Assembly: GCA_022826385.1 (NCBI GenBank)
Contig: JAJDUZ010000040.1
Coordinates: 1,706-65,705, forward strand
Direction of reading: 5' to 3'
DNA: 64,000 bases
From: Silicimonas sp.
GTDB lineage: Bacteria; Pseudomonadota; Alphaproteobacteria; Rhodobacterales; Rhodobacteraceae
Part shown: piece by piece, positions 46,993 to 56,293 of the stretch
Layout of the letters: every line of letters begins with the position of its first letter
How positions within the stretch are numbered: the stretch's first letter is position 1
Notes under the pieces: model-generated
Databases searched by the model: none
Told to the model about the DNA's origin: nothing
What the model saw: the letters and a program-made list of their open reading frames with translations, nothing else
Position numbers and translations under genes: made by a program

Positions 46993-48991
46993 CGCGGAAC
47001 ACTCCTGCGCGGACCCATGAGCCCGGGCTGTTGGTTTCAAGTTGGGTCAGTCCGGCTTTCACCACGTCATGGCCTGCGGTCTCGGCCCAATGCATCGGCC
47101 CGCCGCGCCAGCGCGGGAAGCCGTAGCCTGCCACCTTGACCACATCGACGGTGGCCGGCGTTTCGGCGATGCCGTCCTCGACGATCCGGGCGCCTTCATT
47201 GGCCATGGCGGCCAGAAGCTGCGTTTGGATTTCGACTTGGGTGAAATCATGCTGTGCGGTGGCATGTGCGCGGATCAGGTCTTCGACCACCGGATCGCGC
47301 GCGGCGGTCTTCGCGTCTTCGGGATAGGCATACCAGCCCGCGCCCGACCGCCTGCCGAAGCGTTCCATCTCGCAGAGCGCGTCCGAGATCGTGACATAGC
47401 GCTCGCCCGGATCGCGCGTCGCAGCCTGCCGCTTGCGGTTGGCCCACGCGATTTGCAGCCCGGCGGCGTCCTGCGCTTCGAACGGGCCCATCGCCATGCC
47501 GAAGGCGCGCATGGCGGCATCGACCTGATGGGGCAGGGCGCCGTCGGCCAGAAGATACTCGGCGGCGCGCCGGTAGGCGGCAAGGATGCGGTTGCCGATG
47601 AACCCGTCGCAGACCCCGGCCAGCACCGGCGTCTTCCGAAGGCGGGTGGCGACGTGGAAGCCGGTCGACAGCGTTTCGGCTGACGTCTCGGCGGCCCGGA
47701 TCACTTCGACCAGCTTCATGATATGCGCGGGCGAGAAGAAGTGCAGACCAAGGCAGCGCTCGGGGTGGGGCAGGCCCGCAAAGATGGCGTTCGGGTCGAG
47801 ATAAGACGTGTTCGTGGCCAGAAGCGTGTCCGGGGACACGGCTGAGGCGACGGCCTGGAAGACCGCGCGCTTGGCGTCGAGATCCTCGAAGACGGCTTCG
47901 ATCACCAGATCGGTGTCTGCCAGCGCCGCGACGGTGTCCGAGGTGGTCAGCGTCGCCAGTCGTTCGTCGCGGGCCTTGGCGCTGATTTTGCCGCGGTCAA
48001 CGGCTCCGTCGAGCAGTTTGGTCACCGTTGTGCGTGCGGCGTCTGCCGCTTGCGTTGTCTGGTCGGTGAGTGACACGCGATACCCGGCGTTCAGGCAGGC
48101 CGCAGCAATGCCCGAGCCCATGAGGCCGCCACCGACGATGCCTATATGGGCGATGTCGCGGGGTGCCGCGCCCTCGAGGGCTGCTGGTTTGGCCGCAGCG
48201 CGTTCGGCAAAGAAGACATGCCGCAGCGCCCGGCTTTCGTCTGACTGGCGCAGCTCCAGATGAAGCGCGCGCTCGCGCGGCTGGGCGGTGGCATAGGGCT
48301 CGTCCGCCCAGAGAAGCGCTTGCAGGTTCATTCCTGGCGCTTTCCGGCCTTTGGCGGATCGGGCCACTTGCGCGTCGAAGCTTCGGCGCATCTCGGTGGG
48401 CAGCGCCGGTGCTGGGCGTTCGGATACATGGGACCATGGTGTGCCAAGGAACGTTTCCACTAAGCTCTCGGGATCGTCTGAAATCGCGTCAAGCCCGCCT
48501 GCGGCCCGCACCTCGTCCGCGGATTTCAGCTGGCCGAGGCAGGCCATCTCGACCGACATCTGCCAGCCCAGCAGGCGCGGGGCGCGCTGGGTGCCGCCCG
48601 CGCCGGGGATCAGGCCGACATTCACTTCCGGCAAACCAAAGCGCGTACCGGGGCGCGCGACACGAAAGGCCGAGGCCATGGCGATCTCGAACCCTCCGCC
48701 AAGGACCGTACCGTGCAGAAGTGCGAGGAATGGTGTCGCGCTGGCTTCGATGGCGTCGACGACCTCGGGCAGATGCGGCGGGGCCGGGGGCGCGTCGAAC
48801 TCGGACATGTCACCGCCCGCAATGAAGGTGCGCCCGGCGCACACCAGCACCGCCAGATCGCAGCCTTGAACCGCGGCCACGGCTTCCAACAGACCGGCGC
48901 GGACGGCGGTCGAGGTGGCATTCACCGGCGGGTTGTCGATCGTCACCCGCGCGATGCCATTCGTGATCTCGGTGCGAACTGGTCCCGGCAA
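46985..48991 (-). CDS. Fused enoyl-CoA hydratase / 3-hydroxyacyl-CoA dehydrogenase (PaaF+PaaH functions, FadB-like)
   Basis: N-terminal crotonase fold (…VLVCAGRTFIAGGDMSEF…) followed by 3-HCDH (…IGIVGGGLMGSGIAAA…). 668 aa. Confidence 0.85.
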   Translation of the reverse strand: MPGPVRTEITNGIARVTIDNPPVNATSTAVRAGLLEAVAAVQGCDLAVLVCAGRTFIAGGDMSEFDAPPAPPHLPEVVDAIEASATPFLALLHGTVLGGGFEIAMASAFRVARPGTRFGLPEVNVGLIPGAGGTQRAPRLLGWQMSVEMACLGQLKSADEVRAAGGLDAISDDPESLVETFLGTPWSHVSERPAPALPTEMRRSFDAQVARSAKGRKAPGMNLQALLWADEPYATAQPRERALHLELRQSDESRALRHVFFAERAAAKPAALEGAAPRDIAHIGIVGGGLMGSGIAAACLNAGYRVSLTDQTTQAADAARTTVTKLLDGAVDRGKISAKARDERLATLTTSDTVAALADTDLVIEAVFEDLDAKRAVFQAVASAVSPDTLLATNTSYLDPNAIFAGLPHPERCLGLHFFSPAHIMKLVEVIRAAETSAETLSTGFHVATRLRKTPVLAGVCDGFIGNRILAAYRRAAEYLLADGALPHQVDAAMRAFGMAMGPFEAQDAAGLQIAWANRKRQAATRDPGERYVTISDALCEMERFGRRSGAGWYAYPEDAKTAARDPVVEDLIRAHATAQHDFTQVEIQTQLLAAMANEGARIVEDGIAETPATVDVVKVAGYGFPRWRGGPMHWAETAGHDVVKAGLTQLETNSPGSWVRAGVFRDA

Positions 48992-49011
48992 GGCGCCTCT
49001 TTCTTTAATTG

Positions 49012-49025
49012 ACCAACCGGTCGGT
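49012..49025. promoter_or_regulatory. Near-palindrome ACCAACCGGTCGGT in the divergent paa promoter region (candidate TetR/PaaR operator)
   Basis: ACCnACCGGTnGGT dyad, with AATTGACC repeated at 49008..49015 and 49033..49040. It lies between the hydratase/dehydrogenase start (48991) and paaG. Confidence 0.3.
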
Positions 49026-49059
49026 TTATGTAAATTGACCTAAACCGCGACCAAGCGGA

Positions 49060-49876
49060 ATGCAAGGGAGAGTTCCGGTGTCAGACACCATCATCCGCAC
49101 CGATCACGGCACTTGGGTCGAAATCACGCTGAACCGCCCCGACAAGCTCAACAGCTTCAACGACGAGATGCACCGCGCTTTGCGCGAGGCTCTGGAGGCC
49201 GCGATGGCCGAGGGCAAGCGCGCGGTTCTGCTGACGGGCTCGGGGCGCGGATTTTGTGCCGGGCAGGACCTTGGCGACCGTGACCCGGCCAAGATGGACG
49301 GGCCGCCCGACCTTGGGCACACGTTGACTACGTTCTACAACCCCCTGGTCCGCTTGATCCGCGATGCCGCGTTCCCGGTGATCTGCGCGGTGAACGGCGT
49401 GGCCGCCGGGGCAGGGGCCAACGTGGCGCTGGCCTGCGATATCGTGCTGGCCGCCGACAACGCACGCTTCATACAGTCTTTCGCGCATGTCGGGCTGATC
49501 CCGGATGGTGGCGGCACGTGGCACCTGACCCAGACGCTGGGCGTCGCGCGGGCCAAGGCTCTGGCGCTGACGGGGGCACCGCTTTCGGCGGATGATGCCG
49601 TGGAGTCGGGCCTGATCTGGAAAGCGCTGCCTGCCGACGACCTGATGACCGAAGCGCGCGCCTTGGCCGAACAGATGGCCAACGGTCCGACCACCGGTTT
49701 TGCCCATACCAAGCGGGCGATCCATGCCGCCGTGACCAACACGCTGGACCAACACGCTGGACCAACAACTTGAGCTTGAGGCTGAGTACCAGCGAACCTG
49801 CGGCGCGACGGCGGATTACGCGGAAGGGGTCTCGGCCTTTCTGAACAAGCGCAAACCCATGTTTCAGGGGAGATGA
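49060..49876 (+). pseudogene. paaG: paaG (1,2-epoxyphenylacetyl-CoA isomerase), frameshifted by a 13-bp tandem duplication
   Basis: Crotonase fold (…LLTGSGRGFCAGQDL…). CCAACACGCTGGA occurs twice in tandem (49736..49748 and 49749..49761), giving a premature TGA at 49771. Deleting one copy restores …[40 protein letters not shown] ending at 49876. The probable true start is GTG 49078, after GGGAGAG. Confidence 0.85.
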
Positions 49877-49880
49877 GGCG

Positions 49881-50306
49881 ATGACACCCAAGGAACGCGC
49901 CGAACTGTCTGCCAAGGCGATGTGGTCGGATGACCGCGCCAGTGGCTGGATGGGCCTCAAGCTGGACAACGTGGATGAAGGCACCGCGACCCTGTCGCTG
50001 ATCGTCGAGAAGCACCACACCAACGGTCACGGCATCTGTCATGGCGGGATCATCTTCACGCTGGCGGATACCGCTTTTGCCTTTGCCTGCAACAGCCGCA
50101 ACCAGCGGGCGGTCGCTCAGCACAACACGATCACCTATCTCGCGCCCGGCCAGCTGGAAGACCGTTTGGTCGCCACCGCGCGCGAGGTCTGCCTTGCCGG
50201 GCGGAACGGCATTTACGACGTCACCGTGCGCAATCAGGACGGCACGACGATTGCCGAGTTCCGGGGCAATGCGCGCACCGTGCACGGCACGTTTTTCGAC
50301 GAATAA
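49881..50306 (+). CDS. paaI: Phenylacetyl-CoA (hydroxyphenylacetyl-CoA) thioesterase
   Basis: Hot-dog fold with …NGHGICHGGIIFTLADTAFAFA…. 141 aa. Confidence 0.88.
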   Translation: MTPKERAELSAKAMWSDDRASGWMGLKLDNVDEGTATLSLIVEKHHTNGHGICHGGIIFTLADTAFAFACNSRNQRAVAQHNTITYLAPGQLEDRLVATAREVCLAGRNGIYDVTVRNQDGTTIAEFRGNARTVHGTFFDE

Positions 50307-50319
50307 GCGGGAGGATGAC

Positions 50320-51630
50320 ATGAAGGACCTGACGCCGGACCCCAGCACGCTGGACCCGATTGAGACCGCCTCGATCGACGAGATTCGCGCGCTGCAACTG
50401 GACCGTATGCGCTGGTCGCTGGCGCATGCTTACGAGAACGTGCCGATGTATCGCCAACGCTTCGACGCGGCAGGCGTTCACCCCGACGACCTGCATGCGC
50501 TCAGCGATCTGGCCAAGTTCCCCTTCACCACCAAAAGCGATCTGCGCGACAATTATCCCTTTGGCCTCTTTGCTGTCCCGCGCGAGAAGATCGTGCGCCT
50601 GCACGCCTCGTCCGGGACCACCGGAAAACCGACTGTCGTGGGCTATACGCAGGGCGACATCGATATGTGGGCCGACATGGTGGCGCGCTCGATGCGTGCG
50701 TCCGGGACCAAAACCGGGGACATCGCGCATATCGCCTATGGCTATGGTCTGTTCACCGGGGGCTTGGGCGCGCATTACGGGGCCGAGCGGATGGGCTGCT
50801 CGGTTGTCCCGGTCTCGGGCGGCATGACCGAGAGGCAAGTGACCCTGATCGAGGACTTCAAGCCCACGACGATCATGGTGACGCCATCCTATATGCTGAA
50901 CATCCTCGAGCAGTACGAGAAGGCGGGGCTCGACCCCCGGAAAAGCGCGCTGGAGGTCGGCATCTTCGGCGCCGAGCCTTGGACCAACGCCATGCGGGCC
51001 GAGGTCGAAGAGGCGTTCGACATGCATGCCGTCGACATTTATGGCTTGTCCGAGATCCTTGGCCCCGGCGTCGCCAATGAATGCGTCGAGACCAAGGACG
51101 GGCTGCATATCTGGGAGGACCATTTCTATCCCGAGGTCATCGACCCCGAGACCGGCGATGTGTTGCCGGACGGCGAAATGGGCGAACTGGTCTTCACCAC
51201 GCTGACCAAGGAAGGGCTGCCGATGATCCGCTATCGGACGCGCGACCTGACCCGCCTGCTGCCGGGCACCGCGCGGACCATGCGACGGATGGAGAAGATC
51301 ACCGGACGATCAGACGACATGATCATCTTGCGGGGCGTCAATGTCTTCCCGACACAGGTCGAAGAGCAGGTTCTGGCGACCCCGGATCTGGCACCGTATT
51401 TCCAGATCGAACTGACGCGCGACGGCCGGATGGACGCCATGCGCGTCCATGTCGAAGCGGTCGACGGCGCGGCGGGCGAGGCGCGCCGGGCCGCCTTGGC
51501 CGCCAGCCTGCGCGACAAGATCAAGTCGGTGATCGGTGTCTCGGCCGAGGTCGTCGTCGGCACGCCCGGCACCGTCGAACGCAGCCAGGGCAAAGCCCGG
51601 CGCGTTGTCGACAACCGGCCGGTGGAGTAG
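50320..51630 (+). CDS. paaK: Phenylacetate-CoA ligase
   Basis: …RLHASSGTTGKPTVVGYT… AMP-binding P-loop, 436 aa. ATG 50320 follows GGGAGGA. Confidence 0.92.
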   Translation: MKDLTPDPSTLDPIETASIDEIRALQLDRMRWSLAHAYENVPMYRQRFDAAGVHPDDLHALSDLAKFPFTTKSDLRDNYPFGLFAVPREKIVRLHASSGTTGKPTVVGYTQGDIDMWADMVARSMRASGTKTGDIAHIAYGYGLFTGGLGAHYGAERMGCSVVPVSGGMTERQVTLIEDFKPTTIMVTPSYMLNILEQYEKAGLDPRKSALEVGIFGAEPWTNAMRAEVEEAFDMHAVDIYGLSEILGPGVANECVETKDGLHIWEDHFYPEVIDPETGDVLPDGEMGELVFTTLTKEGLPMIRYRTRDLTRLLPGTARTMRRMEKITGRSDDMIILRGVNVFPTQVEEQVLATPDLAPYFQIELTRDGRMDAMRVHVEAVDGAAGEARRAALAASLRDKIKSVIGVSAEVVVGTPGTVERSQGKARRVVDNRPVE

Positions 51631-51638
51631 GGCGGTTG

Positions 51639-52247
51639 GTGCGAACGATTGCCAAGGATCACGACGCCAAGCGTCAGCACATCCTGCGCGTCGCGGCCGA
51701 AGTCTTTGCCCGCGAGGGCATCGAGCGTGCCTCGATGAATGAAGTGGCGCGGGCTTGCGGCATCTCGAAGGCGAACATCTATCACTACTATGCGGGTAAG
51801 GACGATCTGGTGTTCGACATCCTCGACAGCTACCTGTCCGAGTTGCGCGATGTCGTCTGTGGTCTTGATCTGACGGGCCTTGCGCCGCCCGACCGGCTTC
51901 ATGCGGTCACCGAGGCGATCCTCTTGGCCTATGACGGCATGGACAATGAACACAAGATCCAGAGCGAGGGCCTGCCGCGTCTGGCGCCCGACAAGCAGGC
52001 GGTGCTGAAGGGCTATCAGCGTGCGCTTGTCAGTCAGGTGGCCGGGATACTGGAAGCCTGCGCGCCGGCTGCTCTGGCCGGCGACAGGACACGCAGCCGG
52101 GCCGTGACGATGTCGGTCTTTGGCATGCTGAATTGGTTTTACATGTGGCACCCCGGAGCCACGCAGGAGGCAAGGGTCGACTATGCCGCGCAGGTGGCAG
52201 ACCTGACGCTGAATGGTATTGCCGGTGACAGGACATCGGTGTCCTGA
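51639..52247 (+). CDS. TetR-family regulator (PaaR-like)
   Basis: HTH …FAREGIERASMNEVARACGISKANIYHYYAGKDDLV…. GTG 51639 (or TTG 51636) lies just after the paaK stop. Confidence 0.8.
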   Translation: MRTIAKDHDAKRQHILRVAAEVFAREGIERASMNEVARACGISKANIYHYYAGKDDLVFDILDSYLSELRDVVCGLDLTGLAPPDRLHAVTEAILLAYDGMDNEHKIQSEGLPRLAPDKQAVLKGYQRALVSQVAGILEACAPAALAGDRTRSRAVTMSVFGMLNWFYMWHPGATQEARVDYAAQVADLTLNGIAGDRTSVS

Positions 52248-52557
52248 CCTGACGCCCGGTCTGCTGTGACCCTGTCTTTCAGATCAAAATGCCGCGCAGG
52301 ACGTGCGTGACTATCCGTTTGGCTAGCGGTCTATCCCGATGCTTGCTTAGGTTTCGGCCCGGTCAGATGTATCAACGTGAGGCACAGGGGCGAGCAGGAC
52401 GGCGAGCCGGATCTCACGAGAACACACTCTCTGGCTTGTCGTCCATTTTAAGCCCCGCGCAGTTGACCAAGCCAAAAAGCCCAAGTCCGTCAGTTTCCCG
52501 GACGTTGTCCAGGTGATAGGTTCTTGCTTGGCGACATTTTCAGACAGGTGATTTCCC

Positions 52558-52929
52558 ATGACCTCGCAAAACCCATTCGACGGCCCCGATTTGTCCGGTA
52601 TGCGTTATGAGCGCGCGAATATGACAGAAGCGCGATTTGATGGGGTGAACCTTGCGAACGCCAGTTTCTATGCCGTTTTGACCAATGCCAGCTTCAAAGA
52701 TACGAACCTTGGAGCGGCAAGCTTTGACGACGTAAATCTCGGACATGCGACATTCAACAATGTGAACCTTTCCGGGGCTAAAGTCAGCGACGCCAATCTA
52801 TCGGGCGTACGCATCTCACAAGCCACGCTGACCGACCTCGAAATCAGTGATGCGGACCTGACCGGCATGAAGATCAACGGTGTGCTGGTCACAGACCTTT
52901 TCGCCGCCTACGAAAAGACAAACGGCTGA
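52558..52929 (+). CDS. Pentapeptide-repeat protein (123 aa)
   Basis: Continuous A(D/N)LxX pentads (…ANMTEARFDGVNLANASFYAVLTNASFKDTNLGAASFDDVNLGHATFNNVNLSGAKVSDANLSG…). Visibly lower GC than the flanks. Confidence 0.8.
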   Translation: MTSQNPFDGPDLSGMRYERANMTEARFDGVNLANASFYAVLTNASFKDTNLGAASFDDVNLGHATFNNVNLSGAKVSDANLSGVRISQATLTDLEISDADLTGMKINGVLVTDLFAAYEKTNG

Positions 52930-53138
52930 GTTCCGAAAACTCCGTGGCTTCGGACAAATGTGCAGTCTGCTTCTTCGGTCCATACGGACTTACCGCAGTC
53001 ATCCGGCGCGTTCAGTCGGGTGTTTCCGGTCAACGACAGCGATCCGGCGGCATCCTTGCGAATAAACCCAACTGTGATCCCGGCGGCGGATTGGTCGCTG
53101 GCACGCTGGCGGCATCCTCACAGCCCGCGACTGAGCCA

Positions 53139-53702
53139 TCATGCGAAGTCAAAGAACTTGCATATTTCTTTTGCAACATCGTCCGCTGAAAGGTTGGTGT
53201 TGTCGATCCGAAGATAGTTTTCGTAACCCAGTTCATCTGGCCATGAGTTGAAGCGATACTTCTCCTCAACGTCACGAATATGACCGTCCGACCATTCGAG
53301 GTCACGCTTGGTCGGCTTGTGCGCCAATCTGTTCTCACCTTGGTTGCGCTGCAACCGCGCTTCGAATGCGGCCTCAAGCTCTACCCAAAAAATCTCGTGT
53401 GCAGCTGATCGAAACTGCTCGGCGATCCCCTCGATGAATTCACGTTCTCCGGGCTCACCAAAGGCCCAAACGAAGGTGAAAATATATCCGTTCTTTGTGT
53501 CGGCGGCGAAGGCGTCGAAGAACGCACGCCTGATCTGACCCACCAGAGCGCGCCCTTGGGGCGTTCCATAGCTGAAATACGGAGCCACCACCTCGATCGC
53601 GACGTGATTGTGGAAGAGCTTGTAGCCCGTGCGGCGTTCAAGCTCTTGACCGACAGTCATCTTCCCGGCAGCGGGGGGACCAATTATGAAGACCAATGGC
53701 AT
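53139..53702 (-). CDS. P-loop NTPase / small-molecule-kinase-like protein (187 aa)
   Basis: MPLVFIIGPPAAGKMTVGQEL (Walker A) in an adenylate/shikimate-kinase-sized protein. ATG 53702 is chosen inside the track ORF. Confidence 0.65.
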   Translation of the reverse strand: MPLVFIIGPPAAGKMTVGQELERRTGYKLFHNHVAIEVVAPYFSYGTPQGRALVGQIRRAFFDAFAADTKNGYIFTFVWAFGEPGEREFIEGIAEQFRSAAHEIFWVELEAAFEARLQRNQGENRLAHKPTKRDLEWSDGHIRDVEEKYRFNSWPDELGYENYLRIDNTNLSADDVAKEICKFFDFA

Positions 53703-53937
53703 GCGGTGAACTGCTGTAAATGAAAAAGATGGCACAGAGCGTCCACCATATCTCTGGTGGGGTCCACCTGATAGCAGACATCTGTGCCCGCCGAACTCAC
53801 GGCCGATTTGCACGCGTAACAGGCATTCTCTGCGGCGGAGCGCGGCAGAACCGGATATCTGTCAGCCTGTTCCGAATGAGCGTCGAGGGCGCGGAAGTCT
53901 CAGGAATACTTCCAACCGTTTACTCTGAGAGAAAAAT

Positions 53938-54011
53938 TGGAGGCGAGTACCGGAATCGAACCGGTGTACACGGATTTGCAATCCGCTGCGTAACCACTCC
54001 GCCAACTCGCC
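53938..54011 (-). tRNA. tRNA-Cys (GCA)
   Basis: Minus-strand sequence is GGCGAGTTGGCGGAGTGGTTACGCAGCGGATTGCAAATCCGTGTACACCGGTTCGATTCCGGTACTCGCCTCCA. It has a 7-bp acceptor stem, T-loop GGTTCGATTCC, anticodon loop TTGCAAA and an encoded CCA. Confidence 0.93.
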
Positions 54012-54162
54012 GAAGCCCGTGCGTGATAGAGTGCTTGTCGGCGAGGTGCAAGCAATTCAAGCAAGTTGCGAGGCATTCAGTCTCATCGCGCGTCTAGCGC
54101 TTGCCCGGGGGCGGGAGTTGTGGTTCAACACCAGCGAGGGGACTGAACGAAAGAGTTTAGTA

Positions 54163-54816
54163 ATGACCGATTTTGCCCGCCGTCGCAGTACCATGGTCGA
54201 TACGCAGGTGCGTCCATCGGACGTGACGAAATTTCCAATCATCGACGCGATGCTGTCGATCCCGCGCGAGCTGTTCGTGCCGGCCGACCGGCGCGAGATG
54301 GCCTATGTTGGCGAACATGTGCCTCTGGGCGATGGACGCGTTGTGCTGGACCCGCGCACGCTGGCGAAAATGCTGGAAGTGGCGAACATCCAGAACAGCG
54401 AACTGGTGCTCGATATCGGGTCGGGCCTTGGATATTCGGCGGCGCTGGCCGCTCATATCGCAGATGCAGTGATCGCGGTGGAAGACAGTGCCGAACGGGT
54501 GGCCGAGGCCGAGAATGCCTTGGCGGAAGCCGCCATTGACAATGTCGCTGTGATGGAAGGCGCCCTTGCTGAAGGTGCCGCGAAATCAGCGCCTTACGAT
54601 GTGATCATGATCCAGGGCGCTGTTGAATCCGTGCCGGACGCCCTCACGGCGCAATTAAAGGACGGTGGCCGTATCGTTGCGATCTTCATGGACGGGGCGT
54701 TGGGCTCGGTCCGGGTCGGTCATTCGATCGATGGTGTGGTGAACTGGCGTTTTGCGTTCAATGCCACGGCGCCGATGTTGCCGGGCTTTGCGGCCGAGAA
54801 GGCGTTTGCCCTTTAA
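54163..54816 (+). CDS. pcm: Protein-L-isoaspartate O-methyltransferase
   Basis: SAM motif [17 protein letters not shown]. 217 aa. The pcm-tolC synteny is typical of alphaproteobacteria. Confidence 0.85.
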   Translation: MTDFARRRSTMVDTQVRPSDVTKFPIIDAMLSIPRELFVPADRREMAYVGEHVPLGDGRVVLDPRTLAKMLEVANIQNSELVLDIGSGLGYSAALAAHIADAVIAVEDSAERVAEAENALAEAAIDNVAVMEGALAEGAAKSAPYDVIMIQGAVESVPDALTAQLKDGGRIVAIFMDGALGSVRVGHSIDGVVNWRFAFNATAPMLPGFAAEKAFAL

Positions 54817-54852
54817 GAAAGAAGACGTCCAACCACGAGAGGTTCTGCTGCC

Positions 54853-56214
54853 ATGAGACGAGGTTTGAAGACGCTAAGCGCCACAATGCTGGCGACCGCC
54901 CTGATGACGGTTCCGGTTGCGGCAGAAACGCTTTCGGATGCGATGGCCAAGGCCTATCGCAACAGCGGACTTATCGAACAGAATCGGGCGGTGCTGCGGG
55001 CCGCCGACGAGGATGTCGCGACCGCCGTGACCGCATTGCGGCCGGTGATCGATTATGCCGGGTCAGCGGTGTGGGCGGATACGGCAGCCGGGTCGAATAC
55101 ATCGGCGTCCATTGGTCTGGATGCCAGCATTCTGCTGTATGATTTCGGGCGCTCGCAACTGGGTATCGATGCCGCTAAGGAGACGGTTCTGGCCACGCGG
55201 GCCGCGCTTGTCGATATCGAGAACAGCGTGCTCTTCAATGCGGTGAACGCCTACCTGAATGTGCGTCGCTCGCAGGCTTTCGTCGAACTTCGCGAAAACA
55301 ACGTCCGGCTGCTGACGCAACAGCTTCGCGCCACGCAAGACCGGTTCGAGGTCGGCGAGGTCACCCGCACCGACGTGTCGCTGGCCGAGGCACGGCTGGC
55401 CGCAGCGCGATCCGGTCTTGCGGCAGAGCAGGGCGGTCTCGCCCTGGCCGAAGAGCAATACAAGGTCGCCGTCGGGGCCTATCCGGGGGTGCTGGCTGCG
55501 CCGCCGCGGACACCAAACATTCCGAGCACGGAAGCCGGTGCCCGCAAGATTGCACGGTCCGAAAACCCGGCCGTGGCCCAGATCAAACACCAGGTTTCGG
55601 CCGCCGAGCTTCGGGTTGAAAGTGCCAAGCGTGGCAGCCAGCCCACCGTTCGTGGCACGGCCGGCATCGATCTTGATGACGATTTTGACACCACCAGCAG
55701 CATTGGCCTGAGCCTCAGCGGTCCGATCTATCGCGGCGGTGTCATTGCCTCGAGCCTGCGGCGGGCGCAGGCGCAGCGCGATCAGGTGCGAGCGCAGCTT
55801 TATACGGTCGGCCTGCAGGTCGATCAGGAAGTTGGCAACGCCTATGCCAATCTTGGGGTCGCCATCGCAAGCATCGACGCGTCGAACCGGCAGGTAAATG
55901 CCGCAAGTCTTGCGTTGGAAGGGGTCCGGGAAGAATTCCAGCTTGGCGCCCGAACTACGCTGGATGTGCTGGACCAGGAGCAGGAATTGCTCGACGCACA
56001 GACGAATCTGGTCTCGGCAACCGTTGATCGCCAAATCGCGGTCTATCAGGTGCTTGATGCGATGGGGCGCCTGACGGCCCAAAGCCTTGGGCTGAATGTG
56101 CCGATTTATGACCCGGCGGCTTACTACAATGCCGTGAAGGATGCTCCGAACGCCCGTGTCAGCCCGGAAGGCAAGCGGCTTGATCGCGTTCTCCGTGCCA
56201 TTGGGAAAGAGTAA
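54853..56214 (+). CDS. tolC: TolC-family outer-membrane channel
   Basis: Signal peptide and a duplicated OEP repeat architecture. 453 aa. Confidence 0.88.
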   Translation: MRRGLKTLSATMLATALMTVPVAAETLSDAMAKAYRNSGLIEQNRAVLRAADEDVATAVTALRPVIDYAGSAVWADTAAGSNTSASIGLDASILLYDFGRSQLGIDAAKETVLATRAALVDIENSVLFNAVNAYLNVRRSQAFVELRENNVRLLTQQLRATQDRFEVGEVTRTDVSLAEARLAAARSGLAAEQGGLALAEEQYKVAVGAYPGVLAAPPRTPNIPSTEAGARKIARSENPAVAQIKHQVSAAELRVESAKRGSQPTVRGTAGIDLDDDFDTTSSIGLSLSGPIYRGGVIASSLRRAQAQRDQVRAQLYTVGLQVDQEVGNAYANLGVAIASIDASNRQVNAASLALEGVREEFQLGARTTLDVLDQEQELLDAQTNLVSATVDRQIAVYQVLDAMGRLTAQSLGLNVPIYDPAAYYNAVKDAPNARVSPEGKRLDRVLRAIGKE

Positions 56215-56293
56215 CGCCTGACCTATCAAGAACTTGTGTGACGAGGCTCCTGCGGCTATTTTGGCCGTCGGGGGCAAGGACAGTCGAGGACAC

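Noticed and set aside
52248-53937. Calling the tRNA-Cys-adjacent islet a mobile element or genomic island
   Set aside because: I could find no integrase, transposase, or direct repeat of the tRNA 3' end. It is reported only as a compositional oddity.
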